Shown in pieces: positions 1 to 11,052 of a stretch of 64,000 nucleotides of DNA. The translations under genes were made by a program, and so were the position numbers. Position 1 is the first letter of the stretch; each line of letters opens with the position of its first letter. Source of the DNA: Rebecca billardiae RCC1528 (taxonomy: Eukaryota > Protista > Haptophyta). A model generated the notes under the pieces. That model was not told the DNA's origin. It worked only from the letters and a program-made list of their open reading frames with translations, and did no database searches. The stretch spans positions 3,224,001 through 3,288,000 of the forward strand of contig OZ251223.1 of the NCBI GenBank assembly GCA_965240325.2, read 5' to 3'.

Positions 1-680
1 CGTTGCTCCGTGCTCACTTCGACTCCGGGACCATCAAGCGCGCAGTCGATGACATTGCGACGGCAGCGCATGCAGGTGCATGCGTGGAGCAGGGTGAGCG
101 TGAGTTGCCGCGCCCCGATTCGCTGGAGTCGAACGTGCACGATAGGCGTGTGCTCTTCAACGGTCTCGCGGAGCTTGGTCAACGCGACGCGCGTCCCCCT
201 CACTGCCTGCCATCAACTGTCATTCGCACCGTGGCGATCAACCAACGCGCGTCGCGCTCTCTCGCTCGTGCAAATCTTGCGTCGCGTGCGATGGCGCTTC
301 CCGCCCGCGAGACACCTCGTGATGAGGGCCTTTCCGCACCGAGTTCGATGCGCGGCGGTGGATCGCGCGAGGTGGTTGTCGTGCGCAGCGCTTGATGTTA
401 TGGCCCATGCGAGCGCTCGACGTGCAAGTCGGGCGAGGACCGCCCTAGGTCGCACGATCGTGTCGACGCGCCGAGCGTACCTCCCGAAACGCGTCGACTT
501 TGGCCCTCGTTCGACCTGCACGCGAGACGACGAGGGTAGCAATCGTGAATCAGGCGAAAACATGTCTCGGGAATCCTCGCGCGATGTCCGCGCCGGCGTT
601 GGATTTGGCGCGCGCGGCCCACGCGCTCCGCGCCATCGGGCATATCTTTTTCGGCCGAGCGTCCCCAGTGGGAGCTGCGA

Positions 681-775
681 GGGCGCCCGGTAGACGGTAG
701 TGAGCGAAGCGATTTTCTTTTCTTTGCGAGGCGATTTTCTTTATTTCTTTGTGAGGCGATTTTCTTTTTTCCGGG
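681..775 (+). repeat. T-rich dispersed repeat with AGGCGATTTTCTTT subunits, copy at 10683-10779
   Basis: Identical 29-bp core GCGATTTTCTTTTCTTTGCGAGGCGATTT at 709-737 and 10713-10741, with similar flanks. Confidence 0.75.
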
Positions 776-1035
776 AGCTCTTGCCGGTACGCGTTGCGCG
801 TGCGCGGGCACTCCCGGACTGGCTGGTACGCACGCAGCCGCCTTGGCGTCCGGACTCCTGGCCTCCTCCGCCGCCAAGGCGGTCGGCGAATTTGATGCAA
901 AAATATAGGGTTCGCCGGGTCGGCGATTCGCGGCGAATCCATACAAGAAATGCACTCGCCGAATTTCGCCGAATCGCTCGCGGCGGGGTGAAGAACGGCC
1001 CTAATCAATATTCAACGTACCGTGTGTACGGGGTA

Positions 1036-1121
1036 GACTTCGTGTCGACGATCGGGCACTGCCGACGACGAATCAGGAGACCTGCGCCGTCCTACCTGTG
1101 TCGTTAAATCATAGAATGAGT
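1036..1121 (+). repeat. 86-bp dispersed repeat ending TTAAATCATAGAATGAGT, inverted copy at 41185-41270
   Basis: 3 mismatches in 86 bp by manual alignment. Confidence 0.88.
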
Positions 1122-1469
1122 GAATACAAATACAGATCAAAATCTGGTTGTCTGGACCTTCCCAATTTTTTGTGGTGGTCAGGCTTTGCCGACGAATCAG
1201 GGAGAGCTACCCGCGGGCGTCGTCCTCCAGCCGCTGTGTGTCGTAGGACCATCGGTAATTGATGAATGGGTACAGAGAAACGGAAGGTTCGGTGGGTCGG
1301 TTGAAAGTATACTACTATTTAATTAGTGGACCCAAAGGAATGTGGACCAAGGGTTTGACTGTTGCTCATTGAGCGACCCTGGTCCGTCGACGGATCAGCC
1401 TGATCTCAGATCCAGGAGATCTAAAAGACCCCTGCGCCCCGTCGTCACTCCCCGCCCAACTTCATCACC

Positions 1470-4400
1470 ATGCCCGTCGGGGACGACGACGCAGAAACGG
1501 CCTCGACGGCGGTCAACCCCTCTCGCTCTCTTGTGCCGCGGACGGTGCACGGCGTGCTGCGCTCAATCGGACGCTCGTCACCACCCGCTAGTGCGTCGGA
1601 GCCACCGCAGACACGCGGCATTCTGCGCAGGCCCGATGCCAGCTCGCAAAGGCCTCGCGGCCAGCGGGCGAGGGTGCGCTGGCGCACCGTGCTGATCGGC
1701 ACGAGCGCATCTAGCGAGCTCGAGCGGCGCGAGCTGGTCGTGCGAGAGCTCGAGCGCCGTGAGCGCGCCGAGCGCTTCGCAAAATACTCCACGATCGCGC
1801 GGCTTCCGGCGCTCACGTTCGAGGAGCTGCTGATCCCCCTGCGCGTCGCGCTGCCCGAACTGGTGATCGGCAGCCCGACGGCGATCGCGCTGGACGTGGC
1901 CATCGACGCGTTTGAGCTCGCATGGCTCGCGCAGACCGTGCTGCGCCAGCGGCGCGCGGCGCGGGAGGCCGCCGCCGCGACGGTGGCTGCGCCGTTCTCG
2001 AGCTCGATCGTCGCTCGCGACGTTGCGGTGGTACTCGCCCTCCACGTTGGCCGCGCGGTCTTCTTTGCCACTGGCTCGACGCTGGCGTGGTCGTGGCTGC
2101 AGCTCATGCGCCTCGTGCGCGTGCGCGAGCTCGTCCGCTTCGTCGCCGACATCAACAACGACCTCTCGACCGACACCAAGTTTGTCGCGGTGTACAAGTT
2201 TGTGCTCGTGCTCGTGAGCGTGCCGCACTGGGTGGCGTGCGGCTGGTGGCTGATCGCAAACTCGTGGAGCTCGCCCCCGCTCGAGCTGCCCACCTGGGCG
2301 GCCCAGCTTGAGCTGCTCACTCACAACCCTGAGCTCGACCCGCACCGGCAGGACGGTTGGCACCAACTGCTCATGGCGCAGTACATGGCATGGGCGGGCA
2401 TGTCTTGTGCGCGCCTGGCCCGGACCACGCCGAGGCGACACCACGGTGGCCTACTGACGACTGCGCCCGCTGCGCGCCCGCCGCACGCCCGCGCACCCTC
2501 GCGACACCGACGCGCCCGTGCGCAGCGATGGGTTACGGCATCCTCCTCGCGACGCAGCTCGAGATTCTCTACGCGGCGGCGGTGACGCCGATCCAGATGG
2601 TCTTCTACGCGTACGTGCTCGGCACGCTCTTCCACTACCTCGTGCGAGTGGACGAGAACACGCTGCACTTCAAGGAGCTGCTCAAGTCGGTGGACGAGTA
2701 CGCGGCGACGCGGCAGCTGCCGCCCGCGCTCGCCGTGCGCATTCGCGAGCACTTCACCTTCCAGCACGCCAAGGCGGCCTCCAGCATCTCGCGCGTCGTC
2801 TCGCAGATGCCCGTCTCGCTGCGCACCGAGGTGGCGGTCGCGCAGTACTCGAGGGAGACGGCGAGCACGTGGCTGTTCCACGGCTGCTCGACGCAGTTCC
2901 ACGACGAGCTTGCACTCGCGCTGCTCGAGCGGTACGTGCTGCCGTCCGAGACGCTCTGGAAGCGCGGCGACGGCGCGACGGAGCTGCTGTGGTGCGTCGG
3001 CGGCGCGCTGCACGTGACCAAGCAAGGCGAGCACATGGCGACCATCCGCTCCGACCTCGGCCCCGGCCAGCTCGTGGGCGAGATCGCGTTCATCGTGGGC
3101 ATCCCACAGCCGTACACGGTGTCGACGACCGCGACCTCGGAGGTGATCCTCGTCGTGCTGCCGGCGCGCAGCTGGGAGGAGCTCGTGAAGAGCTACCCCG
3201 AGCAGGCCGAGCTCGCGACGCACAACCTGCTGCGCCGGTTCGGCCTCGACGCGCGCGGCGACGAGACGGTCGACGGCGGGGGCTTTGACAAGAGCACGAT
3301 GACGGAGGACGAGCTCCGCGAGTACGAGCTGCTGCGCGCGACCATCCGCAATGCCATCGTCGAGCGCAACGAGGACGCGTTCGCGCAGATGGCGATGGCG
3401 GTGCGGCAGGGCGACACCGAGGCGATCAAGGCGCTCGTGACGCACGGCTTCGATCTGAGCACCGCCTCCTACGACCAGCGCACCGCGCTCCACCTCGGTG
3501 TGCTCGAGGGGACGTCCGCGGTGGTGCGCCTGCTCCTCGAGCTGCACGCGGACGTGCACGCCCGCGACCGCTTCGGCTCGACCGCGATGGAGATGGCCGT
3601 CATCTCCAGCCAGGCAGCCATGGCCGAGGAGCTGTCGCACGGCGGCGCGACGCTTCAGCTCTCCAACCCGGCCATGCATCTGCACGGTGCGGCCGCGCGC
3701 GGCGACGTGATGCACCTCACGCTGATGCTCGAGCACTCCGTCGACGTGAGCAGCGCAAACCACGACGAGCGCACGGCGCTGCACGTCGTCGCGACGAGCG
3801 GCGACCTCCGCACCACCGAGTTCCTACTCCAGCACCTGGCAGACGTGACCGCGACCGACCGGTGGAGGTGCTCGGCGCTTGACGACGCGATCCGCGCGGG
3901 CCACGGCCTCGTCGCGCGCGCGCTGATGCGCGCGCGCGCGCGCCCGTCCGCAGAGCACCTCGGCAAGTGGCTTCGCGAGGCCGCTGCGCTCGGGGACGAG
4001 GAGCGAGCCAGCGAGCTCGTCCTGCTCGGCGCGCCCCTCGACTCGACCGACTACGACGGGCGCACGGCGCTGATGCTGGGCGTGCTCGCGGGGGCGACGT
4101 CGGTCGTGTCGCAGCTGGTGTGCGCGCTCGCAGACGTGTCGCTCGCTGACCGCTGGGGCCGGACGCCGCTGGTCGAGGCGCTGGGCGCGCGAGCGCGCGA
4201 GGTGCGCGCCGAGGTGGTTCCTCTCTTGATCAGCGTAGGCGCGCGCGCGCCGCCCGAGCTCGCTGCCGAGCCGTCCGTCCAAGGCATCCTGAAAGCCGCG
4301 AGCGAGATCGACATGCTCGAGCTGCGCAAGCTGATTCGCACGCGCTCGACCGAGCGCGCGCGCGAGCGCGAGCTCGCGCTCAACAGCGTGCACGAGGTGT

Positions 4401-7400
4401 CCGTGAGCCTGAAGCGCGCGAGGCAGGCCGCGCGGCTGCTCGCTCGGGAGCATCGCGCGCTCTTCAAGCTGCTCGGCCGCCATGTCGAGCTGTGGATCAG
4501 CAGCTACGCCGTCGAGGATCCCGAGTCGGACACAGACGACGAGGGCGGCAGCGAGGACGAGGACGGGCAGCGCACCGGCGCAGACCGCGGGGATGGCCCG
4601 GCCGAGGGCCGCAACGGTGGCACCGACGAGCAGGCGCGAGTGGGTACAAGCCACGTCCGCGCACTGGCAGGCCGCCTTCCCGACGAGGGCGTGCCCGAAG
4701 CCGGCGCCGAGGGGGCCGATGCCACTGCCGATCCTCACGCCACCGGCCATCAGCAGGCTGCCAGCGTCGCCTTCCATCGGCTGGTGCTCAAGCTGCCCGC
4801 CGCAGAGGCCGGGCTGGCGAAGCTGCAGGAGCTCTTCGCCGCGCGGCTCGATCCGGGCAGGCGCGAGACGATGAAGCGGGCCGAGCGGCGCAAGGCCGAG
4901 CGCCTCGTCCTGCGCACGCTGCTCCGCGAGGAGCTGGGCGTGGACGACGACGACTCGATCGAGATGGCGGAGGAGGTGGACAGCCTGTGGCCGCGCCACG
5001 CGTTCATCTCAGAGGGCGGCTTCATCGTGCTCCTCCTCTCGCACCGCTTCCTCGCGCACTTCGGCGAGCTGCACGACAGGCTGAGGACGCGCACGCTCAC
5101 GCCCACCGCTGATGCCGAGCTGGCCGAGTCTGTCGACGCGCCGTCGCCGGTGTGGCGCAAGTCGCGGCTCTCTCGCTCGGCGCAGCTCTCGCGGCTGAGC
5201 CGCAACAAGCCAGCCGGGCTGTCTGCCGGGTCCAGGGCAGCAGGGCTCAGGGCGTCCGCGGTGTCGGTGGCGTCGACCGGCGGTGACGGAACCCCCCCAG
5301 CGTCTCCTCTTGCCCCGAAACACTCTTCGCCCCACCCCTTGCACTCGAGCGGGAGCGGCTCGGCGCTGGCGGCCAGGCCCTGGGCGCCAGCTGCTGGCGT
5401 GGAGTCGGCGCCGAGCACTCCGCCGCAGCGGCTCGAGCCGGTGCCGCGATCGGCCGAGCTCGTCGCCGAGGCCGCGCACGTGCTCGGCGCCCTCTTCTCG
5501 CTGTTCGACTCGCGCAAGCGCGGCTCCATCCGCGCGCGCGACGTGCGCTCCCTGCAGGGCTCCCTGGGCGAGATGGGCAAGCACGAGATCCAATCTCTCT
5601 TCCGGCACGTGAGCATGGCGGCGCACGCGCTGATGAGCGTGTCGGGCACGGGGCGCAGCTCGTCGCAGCGGCGCTCGACGGCCCTGAGGCGGTCGAGCAT
5701 CGCCGAGGACGCGCTCAGTCGAGCCAAGCACGAAGCGGCAGTTGCGAGCGCCGCCGCCCGCGCTGCCGCCGCCGTGGCTGAGAGCGACGAGGCCGACGAA
5801 GCAGGGCAGCCGGGCGCTCTGGCTCCCGCGTCGACAGCTGACGAGGCTGCTGCGGACGCCCACGCCGAGGGGTCGCCGGCGGCGGAGACGACGGTGAGCA
5901 CGCGCATCTCGGTCACCGAGCACGACGACGACAGTCCAGCGGAGGACGTGCCGGTGAGCCCCACCGCCGCCGAGGCCGACGCCCCTGCGGGGCCGGACGA
6001 TGGCAGCGCCGAGGGCGACTCCTCGCCGCTGTTCGGCTTCCACGACGTACCGGTGGGCGCGGCGCTTGTCACAGCGCAGCACGCTCGCGTGGACGAGCCA
6101 GCCGTGCCTCACGACGCGCCGGGCCGCGCGGGCGACGCCGGCAGCTCTGCCGCAGGCGGTTCGGAGCCCACAGCGCGCGATGAGCTGGGTGAGCTGCGCC
6201 GCTTGCTGGGCGTCGAGACGGCGAGCGGCGCGCGCGGCGCGCCCTCAGCGGACAACGCCGGCGACAATTCGGAGTCGCACCGGCGGGCGTCGACTGCGCC
6301 GTTGCAGGCTCTGATACGCGGGGCGCCCGTCGTGCCAGGCGCTGGCGACGGCGCCGCCGACCGTTCCGGGCGCCGCGGCTCCACGCTCTCCACCACCCAG
6401 CGCCTCCCTTCCAACATCACGCGGCAGCACTTCATGGTGGGCGTGGCGGCGTGGATCCTTGCTGGCCACTCGGCCGCGGCAGAGGACGGCTCGACGTCGG
6501 CCCGGCCCGCTGGCGAGGAGGCGGGCGAGGAGGCGGGCCGTGCGCACGCACAGCTGCTACCGCCGCTCCACCTGGGCGCCGCGCCCACCGTCCCGTCCTC
6601 GCCGCTCAAGCAGAGCACGCAGAGCGCGCGCAGCGCGCACTCGCCCTCGGAGGGGCGCGCCGAGGAGGGCGCGGCGAGCGCCGGCATCGGCGGCGTGCGG
6701 CACAAAGGTGCTCGCGCGTCGCCTGCCGACGATGCGGGCACGTTCGCCCAGCTTTCCGTCGCGCTCGGGACGGCGGCGGCGTGCGCGGTGCTCGCCGAGA
6801 CCATCGAGCGGCTGCTCGACACGCGCCGGCTGCTCGGCGTCAGGCCGGTGAGCGCGCGCGAGTTGCTGGCCGTGATGGAGCGGCCGATCTCGCTGCCGGA
6901 GGGCACGAGCGCCGAGCACGTGCGGCGCTGGTGCGCCGAGGCGCTCGGTCTGTCGCTGCCGCTCGACGGGGCGAGCGATGCGGTCGAGCTCGCGGCGGCC
7001 CAGCTGAGCGGCGGCAACGACGGCAGCCTCCAACTCCAAGCTGCCGCCGCCGCCGCTCCGCAGCCGGCACCTCCGAACCGCGGCTCGAGCGGCTCGGAGG
7101 AGCGAGACGGCAGCTCTGGCGCTGAGCCGGGTGTGGTCTGGGATGCGCTCGTCGTGCGGCTACGCGAGCGGGCGGACCAGCTCCGCTCGAGCGCTGGCGC
7201 CCGCGGGCGGCTCGACATGGCCAGCCTGTCGCGAGGCGCCAGGCCCGGCAGCGGGGCCAGGGGCTCGAGCGGCGGCGCGGATGACGCCGCCCGCCGCCCG
7301 TGGTACGTGATCAGCTGCCGCTCGCCGTTCACCGCCTGGCTGCACCGCTCCTTCCTCGCCGCGACGGTGTTCGACATGGTGCTGGTGCCTCTGCAGCTCG

Positions 7401-10400
7401 CCTTCTTCGAGGACACGCGGCAGATGGAGTGGATCCACACCCTGGGCTTTGCGCTCGACGGCTTCTACGTGCTGCGCATGGCGGCGTGCTTTGTGACAAC
7501 GTACGTGAACGACAACTCGGTCGAGGTGGTCGAGCCGAGAGAGCTGCGGCGGCACTACCGCGACACGCACTTCACGCTCGACCTGCTCGCGTCGTGGCCG
7601 CACGACGCGCTCGCGTACGGCATGGGCGCAGACCCGCTCGTGAGCTCGGGCCTCCGCCTCGCGCGGCTGGTGAACGTGCGGTACGTGCGGACCGCCTTCT
7701 CTGGCTGGTACTCCAAGCTCTCGGACACCGACCTGCTGGGCGGGCTGGTCGTGAGCCTGGGCGTGCTGGGGTACATGTCGCACCTGTGCGCGTGCGTGTG
7801 GAACATGATGGGCTACGGCGAGCTCGCGCACTCGCTCACCGACATCACGTGGGCGGACGAGTACGAGATGCTCGCGAGCCACGTGGGCGGGCACGTGCAG
7901 CACTACGACTCGCCCGAGGCGCGCATGTACGACCACTACCTCATCTCGTTCAACGCGGTGACCTCGATCATCTCCGCGCTCGGGACCGCCCAGGTGCCGG
8001 CGAATCACGCCGAGATGGTCTTCTACATCGTCCTGCTCGTGGGCAACATGACGGTGTACGCGTGGGCGGTGGGCAGCGTCTCGGGGCGCGTGATGCGGCT
8101 GGACGACACCATCGTCGCCAAGCGCGCGCAGCTTGAGCTCGCGCACACGTACATTGCGCACATCCGCGTGCCCTCCGAGCTCAAGGCGCGGCTGCGCAAG
8201 TTCTTCACGCAGCGGCTGCAGAGCGCCTCGCTCTCGCAGCTGCAGGCGGACGCGATCTACACGGCGCTGCCGATGGCGCTGCAGGTCGAGGTCTCGGCGC
8301 ACACGAACCGCGCGCTCGTCGCCAACTGCGCGCTGCTGCGCGGCTGCTCGGGCGGCTTCCTCGACCGCGTCTCGTCCTCGCTGCGCGAGCGCTCGCTCGA
8401 GCCCGAGGCGAGCGTGTACCGGCAGGGGGAGGTGTGCAAGGAGCTGCTGCTCATCTCGAGCGGCGAGCTCGAGGCGTACCGCGAGGAGGAGGAGGAGGAT
8501 GGCAAGGACGCGGGCCAGATGGACGTGCTCGGCCCGGGCGACACCGCCGGCGCCGTCCCGTTCATCTTTGGCACGCGGCACACGCTGTCTGCGCGCGCTG
8601 GGCAGGGCGCGCACACCCTCGTCTTCGCCCTCTCCACCGAGGCGTACAGGGCGGCGCTCAAGCTCTTCCCGGCGGAGGAGGACCGCGTGCTGGACAACGC
8701 GTCGGCGCAGCTCGATGGTGCGCGCCGCTCTAAGCCTCGCGGACGCGCGCACGCGCTCGCGCCCCCGCGCGCCCGGCACGCCTTCTGGCTGACGCCCACC
8801 CCTGCTCGCGTCGCGCGCGCCCACGCGTGCCACTCAGGCGAGCCCGTCACCGGCCGCACGGTCGGGACAGCTCGGACGGGCACGTCGATGGCATCAGGCT
8901 CGACGCACGCGGATGGCTCGTTCACGGCGCGCTCCGAGGGCGCGCGCTCCGAGGCCAGCGGCGGCCCCGAGAGCGGCCTGCGCTCGGCCCAGCACGCGCT
9001 GAGCGCGGCCGCACGCAAGCGAAGGCAGCTGCTGCACGCGCGGCTGTGCACGGCGTGCGTCAAGGGCGACGTGGACGCGGTGCGCCGGATGCTGGGCACG
9101 CGGGCGGTCGAAGTGAACAGCGCCGACTTCGACGGGCGCACCGTGCTGCACCTCGCCGCGTGTGGCGGCAGCGCGCCCGTCGTCACGCTGCTGCTCGCGC
9201 ACAAGGCAGACGCGCGCGCGGAGGACCGGCGCCACGCGACCGCGCTCGACGACGCGCTCGTCGGCGCGCACGCGGACGTGGCCGCGCTGCTCTCGACGCA
9301 CGGCGGGACGCGGGGCTCGGCAGATATGTGCGAGCGGCTGTGCTCTGCGGCGAAGCACGCCGACGGCTCGGCCGAGCTCGCCCAGCTCTGCCGCTTCGGC
9401 GTCGACGTGACGATCGTCACACGGTACCGCCGCACCGCGCTGCACGTCGCCGCAGCGGAGGGCCACGTGGAGAATGCGAGGCTGCTGCTGCAGCAACGCG
9501 CGGACGCGAACATGGTGGACGTGCGCGGCGCGACGCCGCTGGTGAACGCGGTCAACTTCGAGCGGGACGCGTGCATCGAGCTGCTGCTTGAGCACGGTGC
9601 AACCCTCGGCCCGGCCTTCGACCCCGCGTCCTCGCTGTGCGACGCCGCGGCGCGCGGCGACGACGGCCGCGTGCGACGGCTGCTGCGGGCCGCATGTGAG
9701 GTCAACGCCGCCGACGCGCACGGGCGCACGGCGCTGCACCTCGCGGCGTCGAGCCGCGCCATGGAGTGCCTCCTCCTGCTGCTGCGCGAGCCCGCGCTCC
9801 AGGTCAACGCGGAGGACCGCTTCGGCGCCACCGCGCTCGACGACGCGGAGCGCGAGGAGGAGGGCGGTGAGCAGATGATGTGCTCCATGCTCCGGGGACA
9901 CGGCGCGCGCCACGGCTCACGCCAGCTGCTGCGCGACAGCCCGGTGCGCCGCTCGCGCATGGACCAGCAGCGCGCGCGCGAGATGAGGGAGGCAAAGGCG
10001 CGCCAGACGCTCGCCGTCCGCGCGCGCCTCGTCGACGCGTGGGTCGAGCGCGAGCGCGAGGCGGCGGTGAGCATGCGCCGCGAGGCCGAGTCGGCAGTCG
10101 CGCTGGAGCGCGCGCGCGGCGCCGTGCTTGCCGACGAGCGCCCTGAGTTCTGGGAGCAGCTGTACGCGTTCCTCGAGAGCCACCGCATGTGGCACCGGCA
10201 GGCAGTGTATGCGGTGCAGCCCGCACTGCAGCTGTGGAACGACGAGGCGCGCGCGTACGCTCACGACGCCGTGGAGAAGATGGCACGCATGGTGAGTGCG
10301 GCCGTGCAGCCGCCTGCCTCGCGTGCGCGCCGCCGCGCGTCAGCGCCGCGCCAGCTGAAAAATATCCCACGACCCCCGTACCACTCCGCGCACGTGCGCA

Positions 10401-10563
10401 CGCGCAGCTGCAGGCCTTGCTCAAGGAGCACGCCAAGGGCGTGCGCGCCATGGAGCGCCTCGAGGAAACTACCTTCCGCAAGCCGGCGGGCCATGAAGCC
10501 CACGAACAAGCATCAGAACTCCAGCAGCATGTCCATGACCATGGCCACCAGGCCCATCAGTAA
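1470..10563 (+). CDS. Giant two-repeat Shaker-like/cyclic-nucleotide-binding-domain cation channel with ankyrin repeats (~2,900 aa; predicted introns 2407-2525, 8718-8837, 10292-10407)
   Basis: Unit 1 has S4-like LMRLVRVREL, S5 HWVACGWW, pore GMSSMGYG after splicing, C-linker, CNBD (LVGEIAF) and ankyrins (DQRTALHL, DERTALHV). An EF-hand-like LFDSRKRGSI lies in the linker. Unit 2 has S1-S6 (LRLARLVNVR, HLCACVW), C-linker, CNBD and ankyrins (DGRTVLHLAA, RRTALHVAA). GT..AG introns join the frames consistently. Confidence 0.88.
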
Positions 10564-10682
10564 CTAACCAGCATCGTCAGTGATTATTCTGATGATGCTT
10601 GCATTATTGCTGCTGCTGCTAGCGCGCTGATGATGATATGATGATGACCATCTGAGCAGCCGCCTGATCGCCGGCCCCCGGA

Positions 10683-10779
10683 GGGCGCCGGTAACAGTGA
10701 GCAAAGTGCAAGGCGATTTTCTTTTCTTTGCGAGGCGATTTCTTTCTTCTGCTTTTCTTTTTCTTATCTTTTCCCCGGG
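10683..10779 (+). repeat. Direct copy of the 681-775 T-rich repeat
   Basis: Shared core, GGGCGCC..GGTA left flank and CCGGG right flank. Confidence 0.75.
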
Positions 10780-11052
10780 CACTACAAGGGGCGGACCTAC
10801 GGCCCGCCATATAGCTGACGACTGGGATTACGTGATATGACTGTGAAGTGTGAGTGTGTCATCTGACAGTGACACTGTCACTGCTCGTCGTCGTGACTGC
10901 TCTTAGAGACCTCACTCGACCTCGTAATAGTATTATATATATTAGTCGGATATGACCAAACAGACGAGCCCGGCGGCTGGCAGCCGTCCTCGGTCCTGCT
11001 CGGACCGGCGAGTCTGAATAGCTCCACTACTTTAGACCGTCGTGAGTCGGTC

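Noticed and set aside
1-600. Short ORFs at the window start
   Set aside because: No recognisable motif; could be a truncated gene but cannot be supported.
10292-10567. ORF-track C-terminus of the 2736-aa ORF
   Set aside because: Reads through a GTGAGT..GCAG intron; the spliced frame ending at 10563 is more plausible.
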